A stretch of DNA of 60,505 nucleotides, filler included, from Globobulimina sp. (GCA_003354225.1; 11 parts of 11 records of this genome joined end to end with filler, not necessarily neighbours in it), one strand, 5' to 3'; counted from the whole stretch's first letter, positions 1 to 11,032 are shown. Numbers and translations are program-made. The notes: generated from the sequence alone by a model not told the origin.

Positions 1-954
1 GGTGGTGTCATGGAACACGACTCGGTTATGGAAGGTGCAACAGAGCACGAACACGTCCTCGTATATATTGAACTGTTTGCTGTGGCCGCACAACTCACCA
101 CTTTGAAGAATAATTTGGCGGCGTTTAGAGTGAATAGAGCACGGTGCCTCATTGCAAACAAAGGCGTGAAGCAAGCGGAAGAGAGAGTGCCTTTCGATGA
201 AAAAGCGCCGGGATTTGATATGTTGATGTTGCTGACTTTGGAGCATTTGGCCCAAACCAAGCAAGTTAGAGAGCAAATGATTATGCAGACGAGAGCCATG
301 ATTTATAATTTGAGTGAGATTGAAAGCGACCAAAATGTGGCCCAAATGATGAAATTATTGAGAGAATATGAAAAAGAATTGTTGCATCGTCGGGATATGA
401 TTGAAATGCAATCGTGGATGGCTGAGAGGAGATTTTTTGAAATGAACAATACCTCCACGCGAATACAGAAAGCATTGCAACAATTAATAAATAAAAAAGA
501 GACACAAAGGAAGCAATTGGATGAGGAAAAGGAGCAATTATTGATATGGAAGGAAATGATGTTATTGAATTATGATGAGATGGATCAAGAAAAAATTGAC
601 AATTTGCTTGAAAAACTGAAGAATGAAAAGCCAGCAACGTTGAAAACGATGGGCCAAAAACGACGATGTCCGCACGACAAAAAAGAGTGTGTTGACCATC
701 TATGGCATGATAATTGTGGCCGAGGATGGCATTCCAATGGCATTGGAGGAGAAAGAAAGGGACAGCCAAACCCGTTAAAAACACGAAAACGGAACAGAAG
801 AGATGCAAATTTGAACGCATTTGAACAAATTAAGCCAGGATGGAATGCCCGGAATAGAAATCCGCAATATATGCAACCAGCATATTCGGCACCGCCTCCT
901 TTAAATCAATGGGCACAGCCACCACATCAACGCAATAATGGAAATCACCAATAA
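1..954 (+). CDS. Gag-like ORF, 3' portion (frame open from base 1)
   Basis: Coiled-coil-rich; Cys/His cluster CPHDKKECVDHLWHDNCGRGWH; basic, Pro/Gln tail; directly upstream of RT. Confidence 0.7.
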   Translation, partial: GGVMEHDSVMEGATEHEHVLVYIELFAVAAQLTTLKNNLAAFRVNRARCLIANKGVKQAEERVPFDEKAPGFDMLMLLTLEHLAQTKQVREQMIMQTRAMIYNLSEIESDQNVAQMMKLLREYEKELLHRRDMIEMQSWMAERRFFEMNNTSTRIQKALQQLINKKETQRKQLDEEKEQLLIWKEMMLLNYDEMDQEKIDNLLEKLKNEKPATLKTMGQKRRCPHDKKECVDHLWHDNCGRGWHSNGIGGERKGQPNPLKTRKRNRRDANLNAFEQIKPGWNARNRNPQYMQPAYSAPPPLNQWAQPPHQRNNGNHQ

Positions 955-1140
955 ATATCTGCAAATTAAGCATAAACACATATTAAGAACTGGCCAATAA
1001 AATAGTTCTTGGGTCGGAGTTATACATTAATTCTGGTTTTTATTTTTTGTTTTCTTTTTTCTATGTTTTCCAAACTTGCCTTAGATAACTTTGTAAAGCA
1101 TTTATTATTTAACATTCAATATAAATTTCACAATACACAG

Positions 1141-3078
1141 TCGCGAAAATATAAAACGCAACACGCGGCAGTCGAGAACAACCAGAAAGTCAAAGGTTTT
1201 TACCAAACCTGGAAAACCGCCAAGGTACCACAAAGTCCACCAAAATGGAGCCTACCGTCAGAGAAATTTATTAAAGCAATGGACACATTACCAGATGGAA
1301 AAACAGGTAATATTGGCCATCCCGATCAAAGATTAAAAGATACGATGAGGGATTTATTGGAGAATGGAGCCCAAATAACCTCCAACAAAGACATCAAACT
1401 CACTAGGAATGACACAGAAGAATACCCCCTGACCATTGACCAACACATTCAGAGATGCGAAACCATACAAAAACGCATCAAAGAAAAGGCGATTTGGGGG
1501 CCACATCACGAGAACAATATGCCCGAAGGATACCAGGATTACCATATAAACCCGGTATTCTTCAAAGATGAGACACCTTTGGGAGGGGCGAAGAAGGAAA
1601 GAATGATAATCGACTGCACCAATTCAACGCAGGATGGATTCGCACCAAATGATAATATATTCGAATGGGAAAAGAGTTGTCAATATATCACTATACTGAC
1701 AATTATACGGATGATCGTAGCATTGGGGATAACATGGATGATATCGGCAGACGCACAGAATGCGTTTAATAGGGTGCCGATCAACAATAAATTCATACAT
1801 TGGTTTGGAATGAAAGTAGGAGTATGGATATTTTTGTGGACAGCATTGGTATTCGGAGGAGGTTCCAGTTGCAGCATATATACAATATTCGCAGCAACAG
1901 TGGCATGGATTATTTCTAATACATATCAGCACATATTTTACATTGGAAAGAATTGTGTATTGAAGAATTATTTGGATGATTTTTTTGCAGGACATCGGAG
2001 TGAAAGCAAATGTTGGCAGCAGTATTATGCTATAAAATGGATGTTTAAATGGTTGGGGATACCCACCCAACAAAAGAAACTTATCACACCCACACAAATT
2101 ATGATATGGATCGGATTTATATTGAATTTGATCACCAGGACATTGGCCATACCAATGGCAAAAATAAAGAAAACTATCGTGAGAGGAACACGACTGTTGA
2201 GAGCACACCAAAGCAAACAGGAAGTGGCAGCAAAGCAAATATCGGGATATATTGGCATCGCACGGCATATATCATATGTACATTATTACATAATTCCAGC
2301 CTTAAGGCGCTTAGAAGAGGCCGTAGCTGGTAAAGAGCCATCGGATAAAATAAAAATCACAGTGGAGATGGCCAGAGACATTGAATTGGTCATTGAACCA
2401 TTGATGGATCCAAATAATAACTCCATCAAATTTGACTGGCTGCTTTATGATAAATCAAAGGCAGATATTACGATTGAAACAGACGCCGCGGGAAAGCTTG
2501 GAATTGGCGGACTGGAAATGATGAAAAATGGCATTTTCTATGGAGTTATGTATAGAGAGTTATTTGAATGGAACAAATTGAACCCGCCGGACATTGTTTA
2601 TTTGGAACTACTGGCGATATATGTAATGGTTATGATAAACCCTGCAAAATATACAGGGAAAGCAATATTATTCTTATGTGATAACAAGGCAGTTTGCGCC
2701 ATTATGGCCAAAAAATGCGCTTGTTTCTATCGGAAAGATTTGCAGGAACTGCTTAGAAGAATTTGCAGAGCCTGCAACAAATATAAATTCTACGCTTGGA
2801 TTAATTGGATATCCACGGATATGAACCCAAGAGCCGATGGGCTATCACGCGGAAAACACAATGCATTGGAAAGTTGCAACAAAGATTGGAACTTAAAGAG
2901 TGAAAATTCATCAGCAATATTTCATGGAAATGAGGGAATGAGGATCTATAAAGAAGCCAGGAAACGAATGGCAAACTTGAAAGGAAAGCAAAAGAAATGT
3001 AAATGCAAAAGGGAGCAAACTTGTAAGCAACAGAAAGTTTATCCAAAATGGCAATCTTGCAACCAATATAAACCATAA
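1141..3078 (+). CDS. Reverse transcriptase + RNase H (pol); true start uncertain
   Basis: RT motifs ISADAQNAF, LVFGGGSS, YLDDF, WIGF; RNase H motifs TDAAG, LELLAI, CDNKAV, NPRADGLSR. 1009-1140 looks intronic (T-rich, ends ACACAG). Confidence 0.93.
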   Translation, partial: SRKYKTQHAAVENNQKVKGFYQTWKTAKVPQSPPKWSLPSEKFIKAMDTLPDGKTGNIGHPDQRLKDTMRDLLENGAQITSNKDIKLTRNDTEEYPLTIDQHIQRCETIQKRIKEKAIWGPHHENNMPEGYQDYHINPVFFKDETPLGGAKKERMIIDCTNSTQDGFAPNDNIFEWEKSCQYITILTIIRMIVALGITWMISADAQNAFNRVPINNKFIHWFGMKVGVWIFLWTALVFGGGSSCSIYTIFAATVAWIISNTYQHIFYIGKNCVLKNYLDDFFAGHRSESKCWQQYYAIKWMFKWLGIPTQQKKLITPTQIMIWIGFILNLITRTLAIPMAKIKKTIVRGTRLLRAHQSKQEVAAKQISGYIGIARHISYVHYYIIPALRRLEEAVAGKEPSDKIKITVEMARDIELVIEPLMDPNNNSIKFDWLLYDKSKADITIETDAAGKLGIGGLEMMKNGIFYGVMYRELFEWNKLNPPDIVYLELLAIYVMVMINPAKYTGKAILFLCDNKAVCAIMAKKCACFYRKDLQELLRRICRACNKYKFYAWINWISTDMNPRADGLSRGKHNALESCNKDWNLKSENSSAIFHGNEGMRIYKEARKRMANLKGKQKKCKCKREQTCKQQKVYPKWQSCNQYKP

Positions 3079-3213
3079 ATTAATTCTGCAAATTTACAAT
3101 CATATTTAAAATTTTTCTTATTATTTACAAATACAAACAAACTCGTTTCCGAAAGCAAACTACTCGCAAACGCCAGACTTACTTTTTCTTTTTTTCACAT
3201 TAAAAACAAAAAC

Positions 3214-4299
3214 TTGCTTCAAAAGGTACGAAAAGATAAGCGGTTTCGGCCAAAGAAGTTAACCGACCAACAGTTTAGAATGAGAAGAGCCGTAAATTGG
3301 CAATTTAGGCACGCAACAAAAACAAACGAACAATATGGATCAGTCGAAAAGTATTGGATTATATTCAATAAATTACACCAAAGACAAATAGATGATTTCA
3401 GTGAGGATAATATCATAGATTATATGATATGGAATAAAGAATGTAAGGCATCATTTGGATGGACAGCAGTGCATTCACATCAATTCGGAATACGTGACAT
3501 CGCACTGAAATATAATAAAAAGATCAAAGTCGATAAAACAGAAATGCCCAATTTATACAACTATAAAATCGCAGAAAAGAGGCAAAAGCCAGGAAAAGGA
3601 GGATCGCAGCCAATAAATGAACATATGATACATTTATGGACACAAATTATAAGAAAGGATCGGACCATCGATAAAATAACAAAACTATCATGGATTGCTA
3701 TTATAAATATGGCATTCACGGAGATTAAGAGAATCAGTGAATACACAATCGACATAAAAATAAAAGACAATCTCACATATAACAGCCTACAATTTGAGTA
3801 TGACATAGATGCAAATAATTGGAAACAATCAACATATATAATTTGGGAACGAGAGAAAGGAAAAACACATCAATTTAACTTTGCAAATAACACCTTAAAG
3901 TCGGCAATTATCTGCCAATGTAACACCAAAGAAAAGGTCTGCACCAAATGTGCATTGATTGAATTGACTGAATACAGATTGAAGCAAAGCAAAATAACAA
4001 ATCAACAATTTGATAGAAATCAATATATCTTCACCGACAATGACAAGCCAATAAACAAATATATGGTTGGAAAAATGATAAAAGAGTTATGTAGAAAGAC
4101 AGGATTTGATGAAACTAAGTATACATCACATGGATTTAGGAAAGGTGGTACACAAAAGGCCATAGCCGATGGTGTACCACTCCCACAAATACAAAAGCAA
4201 GCAGACTGGAATGGGCCAGCAATGATATTTCGTTATAACAATAATATAACAATAAGCAAACAAATAAATTTAATGAAAAGCGTCTATAAAACGCATTGA
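3214..4299 (+). CDS. Tyrosine recombinase (lambda integrase family)
   Basis: Full catalytic set: R in KRISEY, K in KGKT, HGFR, W in ADW, Y in FRY; first ATG at 3280. Confidence 0.92.
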   Translation: MLQKVRKDKRFRPKKLTDQQFRMRRAVNWQFRHATKTNEQYGSVEKYWIIFNKLHQRQIDDFSEDNIIDYMIWNKECKASFGWTAVHSHQFGIRDIALKYNKKIKVDKTEMPNLYNYKIAEKRQKPGKGGSQPINEHMIHLWTQIIRKDRTIDKITKLSWIAIINMAFTEIKRISEYTIDIKIKDNLTYNSLQFEYDIDANNWKQSTYIIWEREKGKTHQFNFANNTLKSAIICQCNTKEKVCTKCALIELTEYRLKQSKITNQQFDRNQYIFTDNDKPINKYMVGKMIKELCRKTGFDETKYTSHGFRKGGTQKAIADGVPLPQIQKQADWNGPAMIFRYNNNITISKQINLMKSVYKTH

Positions 4300-4357
4300 A
4301 AATAATTTAATTTAACTTAATTTAAAACAACAACAAACCGACAGGAAAACCAAACGA

Positions 4358-4577
4358 ATGGTAATATAAGGAATGAGGAAGGAAAGGACATAAGACAAAC
4401 GGTAACGAGTGGTATATTTAGTGTTTCTGGAACCTCCTATAAGTCCGTAAAAGTTCCAGACTACACCGAGTACCCTACCTAGTAATTACCATACGTCCTA
4501 ACCCCTAACGGGGCCCCTCAAGATATATATAGCTCGCCGAATATAATACGGAGTTATATGCGTAGCAAATATAACTC
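4358..4577. repeat. Cluster of inverted repeats in the element's noncoding junction
   Basis: ATGGTAAT 4358-4365 / ATTACCAT 4485-4492; TCTGGAAC 4426-4433 / GTTCCAGA 4453-4460; CCCC-TAAC-GGGG 4502-4513; GAGTTATAT 4551-4559 / ATATAACTC 4569-4577. Confidence 0.75.
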
Positions 4578-4846
4578 TAGTTATATAGAAGAACTATACA
4601 ATACAAGAATAACATTATGAACGAAGAGATCTTGACAATTCATAATGTGACGTAATAAATCTCCGAATTGAAATATATAATTCTCGTTTCTTCCTATAAT
4701 TTTTTTTAGGAATGAAGAAACAGCTAAGTCTGAAAAGAAGTTTTCAAAAACTAACTTCCCGCAGAGACCCCCTGAACAAAACAAAACAGCATCACCCCAG
4801 AAAAAGAGCAAAGACACAAAGCACATTTAGCAATTTGCAAACAACA

Positions 4847-5158
4847 ATGAGCGAAGTGGAGCAACCAACGGAACCAAAAACATGGGATCAATCGAAGGCG
4901 ACCGTAGCCGAGCAATTGAATATGCCATGGGACCAAATCAAGGCCATCAATGACAGTGACCAATTAATGCAGCATTACCATGCATTGGATAGTTATCACC
5001 AATTGGTGTTATTAAGAGAATTAAAAATCGATCAAGTCCGATTAATTAATCAAGAATTAGAGAATGCATGCAAACGGCAGCAGGAACAGGTCGACCAAGT
5101 ACGAGCAGCAACAGGCTGTCACCCAACAGGATCTGCAGAATTTATTAGCCGGCAATGA
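4847..5158 (+). CDS. Small leading ORF of the retroelement, function unknown
   Basis: ATG at 4847 (MSEVEQPTEPKTWDQ...), protein-like helical composition; the frame is open back to 4712. Confidence 0.5.
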   Translation: MSEVEQPTEPKTWDQSKATVAEQLNMPWDQIKAINDSDQLMQHYHALDSYHQLVLLRELKIDQVRLINQELENACKRQQEQVDQVRAATGCHPTGSAEFISRQ

Positions 5159-5416
5159 CAATGAAAATGGATTAAAAGTTTAGTTTTTAAATTTTTTATT
5201 GAAAAAGAATGTTTTTTTGAGTGACAATTGACGTCACACGGAAAAAGGAAGAATAATTTGTATGCAATCATCTGTTTTTTTTTCGGAGCATACAAATAAA
5301 CCAACAAACAGTTGGTGGCCGATGCGATGGATAAAGTCGGTGGAATGATTGAGACATTCTCGGGTGCCATGAACGCACAAGGCACGAATATGGAAAAGAT
5401 CACAAAAACAGTATCA
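5064..5416 (+). CDS. Probable spliced 5' part of gag (exon 5064-5177, intron 5178-5311, exon 5312-5416)
   Basis: MHANGSRN...NENGLK, phase-0 intron GTTTAG...AAACAG, then LVADAMDKVGG...KITKTVS open to the contig end and in phase with base 1. Confidence 0.55.
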
Positions 5417-5516
5417 NNNNNNNNNNNNNNNNNNNNNNNNNNNNNNNNNNNNNNNNNNNNTTAATTAATTAANNNNNNNNNNNNNNNNNNNNNNNNNNNN
5501 NNNNNNNNNNNNNNNN
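5417..5516. other. Artificial contig linker (also at 10933, 16445, 21956, 27466, 32976, 38485, 43994, 49501, 55006)
   Basis: 44 N + TTAATTAATTAA (stops in all six frames) + 44 N, identical each time. Confidence 0.99.
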
Positions 5517-5531
5517 GCAATTTGTATATTA

Positions 5532-6344
5532 ATGATGAAATGTGGCAAATTATTGGACAAAGAGCACAAACCGACTATGCATAAATACATAAAATTATTA
5601 ACAGAGCATAGTAATTATCAGCGATTTGGGGATAACGTTATTGGATTAATTGATACTGTCAAGGAAATGAGAAATAACAAATGGATGAAATATTTACAAA
5701 TGCAACACAAATTCAACAAATTAGAAACTGAATATAAACAATTAAAGGATGGAAGTAATGAATTAAGAATAGAACATAATAAAGTAACGAGTGAACATAA
5801 TGAATTATGCATAAAATATGATAATTTGAATGAAACCCATAAGGAATTAAGGATAAAATATGATAATTTAAAGGAGAAACGTAACGAATTAAGAATAAAA
5901 TATGATAATTTAAATGAAAAACATAGCAAAATATTGCAAGATTATACCTTATGGAATTCAAAAGATATTACAAATTGGATTATTAATTTAGATATATCAA
6001 AATATGAGAAATACGCAGATAAATTAATAATAAATTTAGTGAATGAATGTATTGATGGAAAATGCTTAATAAATATACAAAAAAATGATTTACATAGATT
6101 AGGAATAACACAATTTAGAGATAAACAACATATATATGATGAAATTCAAAAATTAATTGAAACAACACAGAGAAATAATGCATTAATTAAACAATGTGTG
6201 ATGTGTGAAAAACGAATACCAATATATGCATACACGCCGTGCGGTCATTTATGTATTTGTCGGACATGTAAAAAAACCATAAACTTTGAAACATGTCCAG
6301 TTTGTCAAACGCAATGTGACAATTTAATTCAAATTTACTCATAG
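5532..6344 (+). CDS. Coiled-coil + SAM + C3HC4 RING protein, possibly 5' truncated
   Basis: 14-aa repeats ELRIKYDNLNEKH; SAM-like WNSKDITNWI...IDGKCL...LHRLGI; RING CVMC...PCGHLCICRTC...CPVC. Confidence 0.85.
   Translation: MMKCGKLLDKEHKPTMHKYIKLLTEHSNYQRFGDNVIGLIDTVKEMRNNKWMKYLQMQHKFNKLETEYKQLKDGSNELRIEHNKVTSEHNELCIKYDNLNETHKELRIKYDNLKEKRNELRIKYDNLNEKHSKILQDYTLWNSKDITNWIINLDISKYEKYADKLIINLVNECIDGKCLINIQKNDLHRLGITQFRDKQHIYDEIQKLIETTQRNNALIKQCVMCEKRIPIYAYTPCGHLCICRTCKKTINFETCPVCQTQCDNLIQIYS
5755..5925 (+). repeat. About four 42-nt coding tandem repeats
   Basis: Recurrent GAATTAAGAATAAAATATGATAATTTAAA variants encoding heptads. Confidence 0.75.
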
Positions 6345-6488
6345 TGTTTTCGTAATACTTTTAATTTATGTAATATTGGCGAAAACTGTTGCTTATGACG
6401 TGCATTATTCAAGGAAAAGTTAGTGGTAATAATTAAAAATGTAGGATAGAGTTTATTTGCTTATTTAAAAAAATAAAGTTTGTGATTA

Positions 6489-8129
6489 CTAATCAGAATC
6501 ATCAAACGATCCTCGATCATCATCTCCTTCATCATCACTATCTGCATGAAATTTCCTTAATTTCTGTATTTTGGAAAAAATTGTCCCTTGAACACCATCT
6601 TCATTTTCAATTTCATTTTTTCGCTCCTCCTCTCTTTCACTTTTACTTTGAACCTTTTTTTTCTTTAATCCTTCCCTCGCTTTTCTCAATGCATTCACAT
6701 CGAATACAAATCTTTCTTTTTTTTGATTTCCCGCTTCCTCAATAATCTCTTCCTCAATATTTTTATCCATTTTTTGCAACGATTCATTCTGAGCATCTGC
6801 TTCAAAAACAACTACATACACAAAACAAAAAGAAACTGTATTGATGGAAAATAAAATGTATTTAATCCAAAACTAACATGATTGCTTAATTTCAACTCCA
6901 TTTTCTGCAGCTTCCAAAACACCAAAATCTGTTTTATTCCACATATTTTTATTCGCAATTTCGCAAAAAACACATAAAGAATCACCGAACTTCTTTGTTG
7001 TTTTAATTCAGTCCGTTTCTCTTCATTTCGAGCAACGATATCTTTTGGTGTTGGGAAAATATGTAATTCTGCTTTTTCCTCTTCTCTCTCATCTAATTTT
7101 ACCTCATTTGGTATGGATGGTGGTGGCGGCACCGGCGGTTTAATACTATCATCATCTTCAAATTGAATATTTATTTCATGTTCATTTAATACATCGGATG
7201 GAATAAAAGATTCTTTTTCTTCATTATTCTTCCATTTTATATCAGTTACAGCAGAAACAGTATTAATATTTTTAGTATTTTGCGCATGGAATAAATTCGA
7301 ATCAAATCTATATTTGGGCATATTGTCTCGATCTAAAACACATTGATATTTTATACGATCTCCATACATTTTCTGTTGTGTTTTTACATTATTATATTTA
7401 TCGCATATTGATGGCGGGGCCGCTGCCAATCTGTGATGTTTGTCATTGTCATCTCTTTTATTTATTGATTTTTTCCGTTTTTGTTCACGTCTTCTTTTAA
7501 AATCTGTGAAATATACAAAATATTAATGTCACTGTGCGAAATTGCGCTATTTTCGGAGATGGAGAACTTGAATTTTTTGCTGGTGAATATGCATTGCGGT
7601 TTGTACCAAATACCATACAATCTGCCACTGATTGGACCCATTGCGGAATTTGTTGTGTTTTGGTTTCGGGTTTGTTGGCTTTTTGTGTTTTTTGATGGAT
7701 TGAATGTAATAAAGAAACTGTTTCCGTATTCGTTGGTTTTTGGTTGCGTTGTTTTAATGATAAATTATAATTTGATCTTTTGGGCGCGATTGGATGCGAA
7801 TTATGTGCAGTTTTATTAATTAATGGTTTATCCATTTGTAAATTGCCTATATTGTTTGGATAATTTGATAACGAATAAATAGTGGTTGATTTATTTGGGT
7901 TTGATGCAATTAATGCAGTTTTTTTATATGCATTGTCTATTCGTTTTGCGATGGATGACAATAATTTTGATTCTTGTTTAATACGAAAATGGATAGTATT
8001 TACTGCTTGATTTACAATCACATTTAAATGATTTAAATTATCCATAATCTGATTTAATACTTCACCTGGTGGCAGATTCATGTTTGCCATTGGTACAGCA
8101 AACGAATGTGTTTCAAACTCAGTTGCCAT
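6489..8129 (-). CDS. WASH1: WASH complex subunit 1 homologue (3 exons)
   Basis: WAHD-like N-terminus EVLNQIMDNLNHL...TTIYSLSNYP, SVADCMVFGTNRNAY, LAAAPPSI, poly-Pro, acidic C-terminus; introns at about 7504-7567 and 6812-6990 restore the frame. Confidence 0.75.
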
Positions 8130-8217
8130 GGTATTGATTTCAAGGGTGGACTGACTTGGATGGTTGAAAGTTAATGACAACGTACTACGTGAAGAAAAAA
8201 ACAAAAATAAACATAAA

Positions 8218-10388
8218 ATGAAACCAGATAAAGAAGAAAAATCAAGTTTGAAATGCAATGACATTATGAAAAATATTTTATATGATCAGCAGAATCGGAT
8301 AGCAACACTTGAACTGAGCGAAGCAGTGTATCCGTTAAACTTTTTCATACAACAACACAATTTACAAAAGCAAGACTTTGAAACCTTTCAACAAAATATG
8401 CCATCTTATATATCCACGATGAAAACGGAAATATCCAAACACAAATCAACAGCCTGTAATACAGAAAAACTAGTAATTAACATTTGTTGTATTATAGAAA
8501 CGGCTTTACTGAAAGACGATATATTTCATGCAATGGCTGTACATCTTTGTCGAAACACATTTGAAACAAAAATGTTCACATCCAAACAACGCATACTATG
8601 CATGCAATACATACAAAAAGAAGTTATGTAATGTACCAAATCTATATATTCTATGTACAAAACTTAAAACGTTTAAATTAGTTTACTAATACGGACGATA
8701 TAAAAGCGGATTTGGATATGTATACCGAAGACGACAATAATTGCGAAATTATCGATGTATTGGACGTAACCAAAATTGAAGCGCAAAAATGGATAAATGA
8801 ATTAAATACAGCGAGAGAAGAATCACTTAAACATTCATCGACAAAACCCTCTGTCCATTCAAATGTGGATGTACATGAAATGTGTGATGATATAAAAGAA
8901 ACGCCACAATGTTCTGAGTGCAAAGAGCAATATGTTCCGAGTTATTCGTTAACAGATTGCCGATTGATAGTAAATGCATTAATGGTGGTTATGAACGATG
9001 AAAGCAACCAAATTAAAGGAATGGGCACAAACGAGACCAAACAATTTAAAAATTCATGCGGCAATTTAATGTATAAATGTTCACCAAATGTTTAGTATAC
9101 AACTTATATATTCAAATATGTCAATTTTAATATTCGCAAAAACGTTTGTTTACAGCACTTGGATATAATTTGTGATTTAATCGCTCAGCATCAATTGAAA
9201 TATTTTATGCGGCATAAAAAATTAGACACAAGTTTGAATGGCATCATTCGTGATTTTTTAGTCAATGAACGAGGCATAAAAGTGACGAATACAAAGGCAT
9301 TGGAAACAGATGGTTTAGTCATGAAACGGATGCTTAATTATCTACCATTTATCACCGCGTTGCACTCCAAGACAAAATTAAAAGAATCCGCGAAACCGTT
9401 GCAATTAGTCATCGCATTGATGACTTATAGAGCTGAGACAGAGATTATTAATGCATATAAATGTATTGACTACAATCAGGAACATACGATATGCATTGAT
9501 ACGGTGTGTCTATATTTGCCGAGAATGATGGATTTGATATTCAAACAACTCAACAAGGACAAAAACAAAAACATTTGGCAGATTCCGCAGAAGAAACATA
9601 ACCATGACGCAGGCTTCCATAAAACAGAGATGTTTTACGACAGAATATTTGGTGATATCCCCAGGTTCATCGTGAAATGCACTCGAAACGAACCAGTTGG
9701 AGTCAAGTTTTTATTGCGGATATTCATATTATTAGGACGGGAATATCAAAGCAAAGGATATTTAAAGACATATCCACGATGCATTTATGCATTACAATCA
9801 TTGGATGGTACCGTAAAGACTTGTATTGATGGGGCAGTGTATGACAAATTAGTTGATATAAAACATCCCATCCATGCGTTTCCAATGTTGCTTGCAAAGA
9901 AAAGATATGAATGCGATCAGTTAATGTTGAAGCGAGAGTTGGAGAAGATTTTAGAGCGGAAAAAAGGCATTCATTTGGGAGATAGGAAGGAGAGACGTGA
10001 TTTTATCACTTACTTAGAAGAAATCCAACTGTATAATGATAATGTGAGTTCATATGGAAGTTCCATTCTTGTATTGATGGAAACACATTATTCAATGTTT
10101 ACGACGATAATCACACCACAGAAATATAAGAGCGGTCACTTGTTTTTTACGCGAAAAATGTATAATTTGCGTGCAATTGGCATCGTGCGGTTTATGGAAG
10201 AGGATATTTTGAAAGTATTGCCGGAGTATTTTGAATATAATAAACTGGGAAATGTTTTGGAGAAAAAGCAGTTGGAAAGCATACGGAATGGAAGGAGTGT
10301 GGAGAAATATTGCAATGATAAAGAATTTGAAGAATATGAAGAAGAGTTTCGGAGATTTTATAAATGTGCGAATGATTTAGAGTTGTAA
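8218..10388 (+). CDS. Multi-exon hypothetical protein
   Basis: Three consecutive + ORFs (8164, 8712, 9159) separated by short AT-rich intron-like gaps; no recognised domain. Confidence 0.55.
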
Positions 10389-11032
10389 AATAAAACAAAT
10401 GAAAGGCAAATAAATGATGATACAGATAATGATTCTGACGATTCGGATGCTATTAGTTATGGAGGTCAACATCATAATGCCTTGCACTATCAAGGTAGCA
10501 TCATATCGGAGATAATGGATGGAAAATAGGTCTACATTTATTTGTTAATAAAATGAATCTAGATTATAGTACGAATTAGTTTGATCTATAAGTAGTTGTC
10601 GCTGAGCTTTCGGTTAACGTAAAGTAACCATTGTCAAAGTGCTTTAATTGAAACTTAGTTAGTTCACAACACAAAAAACTACAAAAGATAAACAACAAAC
10701 ACACCACAAAGTAAACACAAATGAAACCAAAATGTAAGTATATAACAAAGTAATTCTTTAAATAATATTATTTCAATAAAAATAAAAATAAAAAAAGTAA
10801 ATCCAAAAACCAAAATTGAAATAATAAAACATATTAATTTCATAAAACAGTGATTAAAAATAACAAAACATGAAATATAATAATGTAAAACAAATGAATT
10901 TCTCAACTAATTCCATTATAACATAGATGCAANNNNNNNNNNNNNNNNNNNNNNNNNNNNNNNNNNNNNNNNNNNNTTAATTAATTAANNNNNNNNNNNN
11001 NNNNNNNNNNNNNNNNNNNNNNNNNNNNNNNN

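Larger units (their letters stand above)
1..5416 (+). mobile_element. Tyrosine-recombinase (DIRS-order, Ngaro/PAT-like) retrotransposon, circularly permuted and filling the whole contig
   Basis: Same-strand gag-like, RT/RNase H and YR ORFs in order, then a structured noncoding region and a probable 5' part of gag; no DDE integrase or protease seen. Confidence 0.9.

Noticed and set aside
4300-4700. Hammerhead ribozyme or classical LTR in the retroelement
   Set aside because: No CTGANGA...GAAA core seen on either strand, and no long direct repeat within the contig
5417-5516. Regularly spaced TTAATTAATTAA motif as a biological repeat
   Set aside because: It is an artificial six-frame-stop linker inside N runs, so gene adjacency across linkers has no meaning
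5755-5925. 42-nt periodic repeats as a CRISPR array
   Set aside because: In-frame coiled-coil coding repeats with no unique spacers and no cas genes
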